Shown here: one piece after another, positions 55,874-64,000 of the stretch
How the letters are laid out: the number at the start of each line of letters is the position of its first letter
Numbering within the stretch: the stretch's first letter is position 1
DNA from: a phage
Strand: one strand, 5' to 3'
DNA length: 64,000 nt
Sequence record: PZ445521.1
Notes under the pieces: generated by a model
What the model was told of the DNA's origin: nothing
Database searches by the model: none
Seen by the model: only the letters and a program-made list of their open reading frames with translations
Translations under genes and position numbers: made by a program

Positions 55874-56989
55874 ATGGAAAAATTTATGGCAGAGTTTGGA
55901 CAAGGATATGTCCAAACGCCATTTTTATCGGAAAGCAATTCAGTAAGATATAAAATAAGCATAGCGGGTTCTTGCCCGCTTTCTACAGCAGGACCATACG
56001 TTAAATTTCAGGATAATCCTGTAGGAAGTCAAACATTTAGCGCAGGCCTTCATTTAAGAGTTTTTGACCCTTCCACCGGAGCATTAGTTGATAGTAAATC
56101 ATATGCTTTTTCGACTTCAAATGATACTACATCAGCTGCCTTTGTTAGTTTCATGAATTCTTTGACGAATAATCGAATTGTTGCTATATTAACTAACGGA
56201 AAGGTTAATTTTCCTCCTGAAGTAGTATCTTGGTTAAGAATCGCCGGAACGTCTGCTTTTCCATCTGACTCTATATTGTCAAGATTCGACGTATCATATG
56301 CTGCTTTTTATACTTCTTCTAAAAGAGCTATTGCATTAGAGCATGTTAAACTGAGTAATAGAAAAAGCACAGATGATTATCAAACTATTTTAGATGTTGT
56401 ATTTGACAGTTTAGAAGACGTCGGAGCTACCGGGTTTCCAAGAAGAACGTATGAAAGCGTTGAGCAATTCATGTCAGCGGTTGGTGGAACTAATAACGAA
56501 ATTGCGCGTCTACCAACTTCAGCTGCTATAAGTAAACTCTCTGATTATAATTTAATTCCTGGTGACGTTCTTTATCTTAAAGCCCAGTTATATGCTGATG
56601 CCGATTTACTTGCTCTTGGAACAACAAATATATCTATCCGTTTTTATAATGCATCTAACGGATATATTTCCTCGACACAAGCTGAGTTTACTGGACAAGC
56701 TGGGTCTTGGGAATTAAAGGAAGATTATGTAGTTGTTCCAGAAAATGCAGTTGGATTTACGATATATGCACAAAGAACTGCTCAAGCGGGACAAGGCGGT
56801 ATGCGAAATTTAAGCTTTTCTGAAGTATCAAGAAATGGCGGAATTTCAAAACCCGCTGAATTTGGCGTCAACGGCATTCGTGTTAATTATATCTGTGAAT
56901 CTGCTTCACCTCCGGATATAATGGTACTTCCTACACAAGCATCGTCTAAAACTGGTAAAGTGTTTGGGCAAGAATTTAGAGAAGTATAA
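55874..56989 (+). CDS. 35: long tail fibre hinge connector gp35
   Basis: 371 aa; synteny. Confidence 0.9.
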   Translation: MEKFMAEFGQGYVQTPFLSESNSVRYKISIAGSCPLSTAGPYVKFQDNPVGSQTFSAGLHLRVFDPSTGALVDSKSYAFSTSNDTTSAAFVSFMNSLTNNRIVAILTNGKVNFPPEVVSWLRIAGTSAFPSDSILSRFDVSYAAFYTSSKRAIALEHVKLSNRKSTDDYQTILDVVFDSLEDVGATGFPRRTYESVEQFMSAVGGTNNEIARLPTSAAISKLSDYNLIPGDVLYLKAQLYADADLLALGTTNISIRFYNASNGYISSTQAEFTGQAGSWELKEDYVVVPENAVGFTIYAQRTAQAGQGGMRNLSFSEVSRNGGISKPAEFGVNGIRVNYICESASPPDIMVLPTQASSKTGKVFGQEFREV

Positions 56990-56994
56990 ATTGA

Positions 56995-57012
56995 GGGAGC
57001 CTTCGGGTTCCC
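56995..57012 (+). terminator. terminator hairpin after gene 35
   Basis: gggagccttcgggttccc then T tract. Confidence 0.65.
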
Positions 57013-57020
57013 TTTTTCTT

Positions 57021-57028
57021 TATAAATA
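57021..57028 (+). promoter_or_regulatory. late promoter TATAAATA upstream of gene 36
   Basis: exact TATAAATA about 23 nt before ATG. Confidence 0.65.
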
Positions 57029-57051
57029 CTATTAAAATAAAGGGGCATACA

Positions 57052-57717
57052 ATGGCTGATTTAAAAGTAGGTTCAACAACTGGAGGCTCTGTCATTTGGC
57101 ATCAAGGAAATTTTCCATTGAATCCGGCCGGTGACGATGTACTCTATAAATCATTTAAAATATATTCAGAATATAACAAACCACAAGCTGCAGATAACGA
57201 TTTCGTTTCTAAAGCTAACGGTGGTACTTATGCATCAAAGGTAACATTTAATGCTGGTGTTCAAGTACCATATGCTATAAACAATACAAACCAAAGTGGT
57301 ATTTATCCTGGTAATGGAGATGCAGCTACTTTTGTTACAGCAAATATTGATATTGTTTCATGGTATGGCGTAGGATTTAAATCATCACAAGGATCTGCCG
57401 GTAGAACTGTAGTAATTAATACACGCAATGGTGATATTAGCACAAAAGGTGTTGTGTCGGCAGCTGGTCAAGTAAGAAGTGATGCGGCTGCTCCTATAGC
57501 AGCGAATGACCTTACTAGAAAGGACTATGTTGATGGAGCAATAAATACTGTTACAACAAATGCAAACTCTAGAGTGTTACGATCTGGTGACACTATGACG
57601 GGAAACTTAACCGCACCAAACTTTTTCTCGCAGAATCCTGCATCTCAACCTTCACATGTTCCACGATTTGACCAAATCGTAATTAAGGATTCTGTTCAAG
57701 ATTTCGGCTATTATTAA
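57052..57717 (+). CDS. 36: long tail fibre distal connector gp36
   Basis: 221 aa as T4 gp36. Confidence 0.92.
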   Translation: MADLKVGSTTGGSVIWHQGNFPLNPAGDDVLYKSFKIYSEYNKPQAADNDFVSKANGGTYASKVTFNAGVQVPYAINNTNQSGIYPGNGDAATFVTANIDIVSWYGVGFKSSQGSAGRTVVINTRNGDISTKGVVSAAGQVRSDAAAPIAANDLTRKDYVDGAINTVTTNANSRVLRSGDTMTGNLTAPNFFSQNPASQPSHVPRFDQIVIKDSVQDFGYY

Positions 57718-57725
57718 GAGGACTT

Positions 57726-60700
57726 ATGGCTACTTTAAAACAAATACAATTTAAAAGAAGCAAAACCGCAGGTGCACGTCCTGCTGCTTCAGTATTAGCC
57801 GAAGGTGAATTGGCTATAAATTTAAAAGATAGAACAATTTTTACTAAAGACGATTCAGGAAATATCATTGACTTAAGCATTTCCGCTGGCGGTAATATCA
57901 GTGGTAATATCACTCAAACTGGTGATTATACACAGACTGGAAAATTTAATTTAATTGGCCCGCAGATTATAGCAAGTGGTGGATATATTGAGTTTAATTA
58001 TCGTACTACTGGAAGTGGGGCTTGGTCCGGTCAACACACTGCAAAGGCTCCAATTTTTGTAGATTTAAGCTCAGCTACTTCCACATCTGAATATAATCCT
58101 ATAATTAAACAGCGCTTTAAAGATGGAACTTTTTCATTAGGTACTTTAGTTTCTGAAGGTTCGTTGAAGATTCATTATATTGATGAAACTGGTCAATCTA
58201 AATATTGGACATTTGCGCGCTCAGGTAATTTTCAAGTTGATTCTGGTAATTTATTAGTATCTGGTGGGTATTTAGTCGCTCAGAGTAATATTGAAACAAG
58301 AACAGGTTCTTTGATTGGTCCATCTGTTGTAACTAAAAATATTTCATTTGATACGAAAGCGTTTGGACAATACGATTCGCAGTCATTAGTTCAATATGTT
58401 TATCCTGGAACTGGTGAAACAAACGGAATTAATTACCTTCGTAAATTCCGTGCAAAATCTGGTGGTACGATTTATCATGAATTAGCTTCTGCACAAACCG
58501 GAAAAAGTGATGAACTGTCTTGGTGGACCGGTAATACAGCCGTTAATAAACAAATGGGCCTTCGCAATGATGGGTCTTTAGTGTTGCGACGCTCACTCGC
58601 AATTGGTACAATTACAACAGATGAAAACATTAATAATTACGGCTCAACTGGAGCAATGGGTGAATGCTATATAGTCATTGGAGATGCCGCAACTGGTGTA
58701 TCATATAAAAGATCTGGTGTATATGATTTAGTTGCTAATGGTCTTTCTATCGCGTCTATTACTCCTGACAGTTTCCGTAGTACTCGTAAAGCATTATTTG
58801 GACGTTCAGAAGACCAAGGCGGAACATGGAATATGCCTGGAACGAACGCCGCGTTTTTATCGGTTCAAACACAGGCTGATGAAAACACTGCTGGAGACGG
58901 TCAAACCCATATTGGATATAACTCTGGCGGTAAAATGAACCACTATTTCCGTGGTAAAGGAAAAACTAATATTAATACTCAAGAAGGCATGGAAGTTAAC
59001 CCGGGTATTTTGAAATTGGTAACTGGCTCTAATAATGTAATGTTTTATGCTGATGGCGGTATTACATCTGTTAAGCAGCTTTCAATATATAACGGCATAT
59101 ATTTAGCAGCTAATAATTCTACTGCTGGGCTAACATTCGCTCCAACTACTACAATTGATGGCACTAAGCAAATTTTGTGGGAAGGCGGTACTCGTGCTGG
59201 TCAGAATAAAAGCTATGTAACTGTTAAAGCATGGGGTAATTCATTTAACGCATCTGGCGATCGTAATCGTGAAACGGTTTTTGAAGTAGCTGATGGACAA
59301 GGATATTATTTTTATTCACAGCGTGTGGCTCCAAGTGGCTCTGAAACTACTGGGCCTGTTGTAACCCAGTTCAATGGACAAGTTAATGCTAGAGGAAGTA
59401 TTATTACTGACGGAAGTTTTAAAGTTAATGGATTAAGCACTTTAGTCGGTAATGTTACCATGTCTAATGGTTTGTTTGTTCAAGGTGGTTCTTCTATTAC
59501 AGGCCAAGTAAAAATTGGTGGAACAGCAGATGCATTAAGAATTTGGAATGCTGAATACGGGGCTATTTTCCGTCGTTCTGAAGATAAGCTTTATATTATT
59601 CCAACTCCGCAGAATGCTGGTGAATCAGGTGGTATTTCTAATTTACGTCCGTTCTATATTACATTAAGTACTGGTAAAGTTTCCATGGATCATGATGTAG
59701 ATATCGGCGGCGGTAGATTTAAAGTAGAAGTGGCTGGAACTACGGCTGGTCAACGTATTATAGTTAATGCAGCGAGCGATGCTATTAGAATAAATGCTCC
59801 AACACAAGAGTCTTCTAACTTCATTCAAGGACGTAAGGCTGATGTGAATAAATGGTATTTGGGTATTGGCGATGGCGGCAACGTCGTTCGTATGCACAGC
59901 TACACATATTCACATGGTATTGCATTAAATTCTGATTCTGTCGATATTACTAAGCCTCTTAAAGTCGGAAACGCCCAACTAGGAACTGACGGTAATATTA
60001 CCAATGGTTCAGGAAACTTTGCCAACTTAAATACCACGTTAAATCGTAAAGTTAATTCTGGATTTATTACTTATGGAGCAACCTCTGGATGGTATAAGTT
60101 TGCAACTGTAACAATGCCACAATCCACTTCAACAGTCTTCTTTAAAATAGTTGGAGGTTCTGGATTTAATAGCGGATTATTCACACAATGTAATATTGCT
60201 GAAATTGTTTTACGTACTAGTAATGAAAGACCTGCTGACTTAAATGCTGCATTATACACAAGAACAATTGGAGCTGCATTTAAAGATATTGCAGTTAATA
60301 ACGTCTCTGGAGATACATATGACATTTATGTTTCTGCTGGAACATATTGTAATCAATTAGCTTGTGAGTGGTCATGTACCGAAAATGCTACTGTTAGTGT
60401 TATTGGTATTAACTCATCTACACAATCACCTGTAGATGCTCTTCCAGATACAGCAGTTAACGGTCAAGTTGCTAATGTTCTTAATAACTTGGTTGATCGC
60501 GGTAAAGTTAAGCGTTATGAAGCCGATTCTGAAATAGCTATTAATAGCCCAACCGGTATTCGTATCAGAAGCAATGGCGATAAAACTGGTTCTGTGGCTA
60601 CAATGTTACGAAATGATGGCGGTAGTTTTTATATTCTGTTTACAGATAAAAATGCCACCGATGGCGCAGCAACTGTTAATGGTGATTGGAATAGTAAACG

Positions 60701-61487
60701 TCCTTTCGCAATTAACTTAACAACCGGCGAAGTGATGATGAATAATGGCATAGCTGTTCGCAGCGCTGCTTTATTCTATAATAGCATAAACGTCAAAGAT
60801 AATGGTTCTATTAACTTTGATAAATCAGGTGCTAACCCGAGAAATATGAGAATATTTCATGCTGGCGATGCTTCTCGCGGTAACCGTATTGAAATTGCCG
60901 ATGAAACTAACTATATTGCTTACTTTGAAAAAACTCCAGGTGGAGCTAACCGCTTTGTAGTAAATAATGCTACTGTGGCTGGTGTTAATCAAATGAATTC
61001 ATTTGGTATTAACATCAATAACGCACTTGGTGGAAACAGTATAGCATTTGGTGATAATGACACTGGCATTAAACAATCCGGTGACGGACTTCTTGATATC
61101 ATTACTAACGCCGCACGACGAATGAGATTCCAGACGGGTGACACTTATTCTGACATGAATATAAATGCTCCAAACGTTTATATTCGTTCTGATATTCGTT
61201 TGAAATCTAATTTCAGACCTATTGAAAATGCTCTTGAAAAGGTTGAGCAGCTTGATGGTTTAATCTATGATAAAGCTGACTATATAGGTGGTGAAATTGT
61301 TCAGACTGAAGCAGGTGTTATTGCTCAGAAATTGAACGAAGTATTACCTGAAGCAGTTCGTGAAGTTGAAGATATTAAGGGTAATAAAATACTCACTATT
61401 TCTTCTCAATCCCAGATTGCTCTTCTAGTTGAAGCTGTGAAAACACTTTCTGCTCGTGTAAAAGAACTTGAATCTAAACTTATGTAA
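57726..61487 (+). CDS. 37: long tail fibre distal subunit gp37, T2/T6-type with C-terminal chaperone-like domain
   Basis: 1253 aa; N-terminus as gp37; C-terminal about 100 aa from SDIRLKSN resembles an auto-cleaving intramolecular chaperone. Confidence 0.9.
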   Translation: MATLKQIQFKRSKTAGARPAASVLAEGELAINLKDRTIFTKDDSGNIIDLSISAGGNISGNITQTGDYTQTGKFNLIGPQIIASGGYIEFNYRTTGSGAWSGQHTAKAPIFVDLSSATSTSEYNPIIKQRFKDGTFSLGTLVSEGSLKIHYIDETGQSKYWTFARSGNFQVDSGNLLVSGGYLVAQSNIETRTGSLIGPSVVTKNISFDTKAFGQYDSQSLVQYVYPGTGETNGINYLRKFRAKSGGTIYHELASAQTGKSDELSWWTGNTAVNKQMGLRNDGSLVLRRSLAIGTITTDENINNYGSTGAMGECYIVIGDAATGVSYKRSGVYDLVANGLSIASITPDSFRSTRKALFGRSEDQGGTWNMPGTNAAFLSVQTQADENTAGDGQTHIGYNSGGKMNHYFRGKGKTNINTQEGMEVNPGILKLVTGSNNVMFYADGGITSVKQLSIYNGIYLAANNSTAGLTFAPTTTIDGTKQILWEGGTRAGQNKSYVTVKAWGNSFNASGDRNRETVFEVADGQGYYFYSQRVAPSGSETTGPVVTQFNGQVNARGSIITDGSFKVNGLSTLVGNVTMSNGLFVQGGSSITGQVKIGGTADALRIWNAEYGAIFRRSEDKLYIIPTPQNAGESGGISNLRPFYITLSTGKVSMDHDVDIGGGRFKVEVAGTTAGQRIIVNAASDAIRINAPTQESSNFIQGRKADVNKWYLGIGDGGNVVRMHSYTYSHGIALNSDSVDITKPLKVGNAQLGTDGNITNGSGNFANLNTTLNRKVNSGFITYGATSGWYKFATVTMPQSTSTVFFKIVGGSGFNSGLFTQCNIAEIVLRTSNERPADLNAALYTRTIGAAFKDIAVNNVSGDTYDIYVSAGTYCNQLACEWSCTENATVSVIGINSSTQSPVDALPDTAVNGQVANVLNNLVDRGKVKRYEADSEIAINSPTGIRIRSNGDKTGSVATMLRNDGGSFYILFTDKNATDGAATVNGDWNSKRPFAINLTTGEVMMNNGIAVRSAALFYNSINVKDNGSINFDKSGANPRNMRIFHAGDASRGNRIEIADETNYIAYFEKTPGGANRFVVNNATVAGVNQMNSFGININNALGGNSIAFGDNDTGIKQSGDGLLDIITNAARRMRFQTGDTYSDMNINAPNVYIRSDIRLKSNFRPIENALEKVEQLDGLIYDKADYIGGEIVQTEAGVIAQKLNEVLPEAVREVEDIKGNKILTISSQSQIALLVEAVKTLSARVKELESKLM

Positions 61488-61488
61488 A

Positions 61489-61506
61489 AGAGGGCTTCGG
61501 CCCTCT
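61489..61506 (+). terminator. hairpin between genes 37 and 38
   Basis: agagggcttcggccctct then T-rich tract. Confidence 0.5.
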
Positions 61507-61518
61507 AAGGATTTTTTA

Positions 61519-62304
61519 ATGGCAATTGTAGGTGTTCCTGGCTGGATTGGTGAATCTGCCGTGAATGAAACTGGACAACGTTGGATGGATGCTGCAATGA
61601 GAGCAGTCCGTGTTTCAGTTCCCGGTTGGATGAGCTCAATGGCCGGACAATCTAAAGAAGTATATTATAGCATTGGTGCTAGTAATTCTTATAATAAAGA
61701 TACATTAATAAACTGGATAAAAGCACAAGGGTCCACGCCTGTTGTTATTACTATTACAGGAAATATTGTTTCTCAATCTACTGGTGTTCCATGCTTAGAT
61801 TTTCCTAGCTCATTAACTAATGCATACGTGACACTTAATATCAATTCAGGCGTGCATGTTTGGGGCCGTGGCGGGAATGGCGGAAATAACTCTGCAGGTG
61901 GAGCAGGAGGAACTGCAATAAATAATGGAATTGGAACTAGATTGCGTATTAACAACAATGGTGTTATCGCAGGAGGCGGTGGCGGCGGTGGCGGCGGATA
62001 TTATTCTCCTTTTTCACAAATGAAATTGACTTTTGGCGGTGGCGGCGGTCGTCCATTTGGTGCTGCTGGCGGGTCTGCTAATATGGAACAGGGCGCTACT
62101 GCTGGTACTATTTCTGCACCTGGTAAAGGGTCTGTCAATGGTATCTATAATGGCGGGAATGGCGGTGATGCTGGTGCCGCAGGTGGTAAATGTAATATTC
62201 GTGGGCAAGGATCAGAATATAACGGCGGTGCGGCTGGTAAAGCTGTTACTGGTAATGCTCCAACTTGGACTAAGGTTGGTACAATATATGGTTCAAGAGT
62301 ATAA
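61519..62304 (+). CDS. 38: receptor-recognising adhesin gp38, T2/T6-type with glycine-rich motifs
   Basis: 261 aa from ATG at 61519 (AAGG RBS); several poly-Gly tracts; the track start at 61468 lies inside gene 37. Confidence 0.85.
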   Translation: MAIVGVPGWIGESAVNETGQRWMDAAMRAVRVSVPGWMSSMAGQSKEVYYSIGASNSYNKDTLINWIKAQGSTPVVITITGNIVSQSTGVPCLDFPSSLTNAYVTLNINSGVHVWGRGGNGGNNSAGGAGGTAINNGIGTRLRINNNGVIAGGGGGGGGGYYSPFSQMKLTFGGGGGRPFGAAGGSANMEQGATAGTISAPGKGSVNGIYNGGNGGDAGAAGGKCNIRGQGSEYNGGAAGKAVTGNAPTWTKVGTIYGSRV

Positions 62305-62336
62305 TTTTTGAATAAATATCCTTAAAAGGAGGGTCT

Positions 62337-62993
62337 ATGGCAGCACCTAGAATATCATTTTCGCCCTCTGATATTCTATTTGGTGTTCTAGATCGCTTGT
62401 TCAAAGATAACGCTACCGGGAAAGTTCTTGCTTCCCGGGTAGCTGTCGTAATTCTTTTATTTATGATGGCGATTGTTTGGTATAGGGGAGATAGTTTCTT
62501 TGAGTACTATAAGCAATCAAAGTATGAAACATACAGTGAAATTATTGAAAAGGAAAGAAATGCACGCTTTGAATCTGTCGCCCTGGAACAACTCCAGATA
62601 GTTCATATATCATCTGAGGCAGACTTTAGTGCGGTGTATTCTTTCCGCCCTAAAAACTTAAACTATTTTGTTGATATTATAGCATATGAAGGAAAATTAC
62701 CTTCAACAATAAGTGAAAAATCACTTGGAGGATATCCTGTTGACAAAACTATGGATGAATATGCAGTCCATTTAAATGGACGTCATTATTATTCTGACTC
62801 AAAATTTGCTTTTTTACCAACTAAAAAGCCTACTCCCGAAATAAACTACATGTACAGTTGTCCATATTTTAATTTGGATAATATCTATGCTGGAACGATA
62901 ACCATGTACTGGTATAGAAATGATCATATAAGTAATGACCGCCTTGAATCAATATGTGCTCAGGCGGCCAGAATATTAGGAAGGGCTAAATAA
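62337..62993 (+). CDS. t: holin T
   Basis: 218 aa; single N-terminal TM helix. Confidence 0.93.
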   Translation: MAAPRISFSPSDILFGVLDRLFKDNATGKVLASRVAVVILLFMMAIVWYRGDSFFEYYKQSKYETYSEIIEKERNARFESVALEQLQIVHISSEADFSAVYSFRPKNLNYFVDIIAYEGKLPSTISEKSLGGYPVDKTMDEYAVHLNGRHYYSDSKFAFLPTKKPTPEINYMYSCPYFNLDNIYAGTITMYWYRNDHISNDRLESICAQAARILGRAK

Positions 62994-63266
62994 TTATTTG
63001 TTCGTATACATCTCTAGATATCGATATACACCCTCAAAACCCTCGTTGAATTCGTCGATGAGGGTTTTCTTATCTTCTTGAGTTAATTCAGAAACAATTT
63101 TACGGAATGAATTCTGATTTAACTTTCTACCTTCATGCGTTACTCCAATCTCATTCAGAAATGCAATAAAATTAGCACGATTCTCAACAATATCTTCTCT
63201 GGAAAATTTAATTAAAATAGACGCAACAGTAATAATTTCACGAACTGTATCAATGTTTTTATTCAT
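62994..63266 (-). CDS. asiA: anti-sigma-70 factor AsiA
   Basis: 90 aa; recognised AsiA. Confidence 0.92.
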   Translation of the reverse strand: MNKNIDTVREIITVASILIKFSREDIVENRANFIAFLNEIGVTHEGRKLNQNSFRKIVSELTQEDKKTLIDEFNEGFEGVYRYLEMYTNK

Positions 63267-63293
63267 TAACTATACCACTCAATTAGTTGACTT

Positions 63294-63431
63294 TGTTATA
63301 ATATCATCAGACGCTTGATTTGTAAACTGGTCTGTGTTATTTTCTTCAAAAATTTTTTCTACGAATTCTTTGAACGACTCACGTTCCTGAGCTACATTAT
63401 GCTCGATTACCTTTTCAAGATTATGACTCAT
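63294..63431 (-). CDS. small hypothetical ORF between asiA and arn
   Basis: about 45 aa, translated by hand; ATGA overlap with arn stop. Confidence 0.35.
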
Positions 63432-63706
63432 TCGAAATAATCTTCAATTTCATAATCATGGACATAAATCATTATAGTTTTTAATACATCATCAATACTT
63501 TTTCCTGGAGCTGGAATTACGTAAAAATACCCTGCTTTTGAGAGGTCTTTATAAGTTCCAATCAAGAAATCATTATTCTCAAGATGTAGTTCTTCAACTA
63601 ATTCATTAACAATTGAGTGGTATAAATTTGGTAGAAACTTATATAGCTTTTCTAGAATATCAATTTTGATTGTATATTGAACCACAGACTGAGAATCAAT
63701 AATCAT
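63428..63706 (-). CDS. arn: Arn anti-restriction protein (McrBC inhibitor, DNA mimic)
   Basis: 92 aa; recognised Arn. Confidence 0.85.
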   Translation of the reverse strand: MIIDSQSVVQYTIKIDILEKLYKFLPNLYHSIVNELVEELHLENNDFLIGTYKDLSKAGYFYVIPAPGKSIDDVLKTIMIYVHDYEIEDYFE

Positions 63707-63815
63707 AGACCTTCCCCTTATGTTTCTGTTTGCGATTAGATTCTTTAAACGCTTTCTTCTTATCCTTATGAACAGAAGCTTTATTGAAATTATGTTTTGC
63801 GACTAAATTGTTCAT
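63697..63815 (-). CDS. small basic hypothetical ORF
   Basis: about 39 aa, translated by hand. Confidence 0.3.
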
Positions 63816-64000
63816 AGTGCTGAATTACCTCTCTCAAACATTTGCATGTGAATGAAAACTTTTTAGCTACACCACATTCAAATATATGTTCTCTTAAATC
63901 GTGTGTATCCGTATATCCCATCTCAACAATAAAATGCCGTATTAGATTTTTATCTTTATCATTGAGATAATTAAAATAATCAGATTTTGAATTAATTTCC
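63792..64000 (-). CDS. partial hypothetical ORF running off the window end
   Basis: C-terminal 69 aa only; does not match my recollection of MotA. Confidence 0.4.

Noticed and set aside
61971-62050. GGCGG-rich simple sequence, considered as a possible non-coding repeat or CRISPR-like element
   Set aside because: It is in frame within gp38 and encodes the glycine-rich motifs; there is no repeat-spacer periodicity.

Overview
This window reads as a contiguous ~64 kb segment of a T-even (T4-like, Tequatrovirus-type) myovirus genome, recognised from the translated ORFs and gene order; no database search was possible. It is densely coding. The plus-strand late blocks are tail sheath/tube, portal and head (18, 19, 20, 67, 68, 21, 22, 23, 24), baseplate hub (51, 27, 28, 29, 48, 54) and long tail fibre (34, 35, 36, 37, 38, t). 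The minus-strand early/middle blocks include rnlB, hoc, inh, uvsY, 25/26, two Alt-family ADP-ribosyltransferases, DNA ligase, gp31, cd, pseT, alc, rnlA, denA, nrdB, nrdA, td, frd, gp32, gp59, gp33, dsbA, rnh, asiA and arn. Many proteins look almost identical to T4 as I remember it, but the distal fibre module is T2/T6-type (long gp37 with a C-terminal chaperone-like domain, glycine-rich gp38 adhesin). No tRNA, rRNA or CRISPR array was seen. I did not find a clearly novel multi-gene system. The points most worth a second look are the tandem Alt paralogs, a NADAR/YbiA-like gene near them, an extra ORF between frd and td, intronless td and nrdB, a SegG-like homing endonuclease, a duplicated 54-nt early promoter, and early promoters with a hairpin in the spacer. 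Coordinates of promoters and hairpins were counted by eye and may be off by a base or two.
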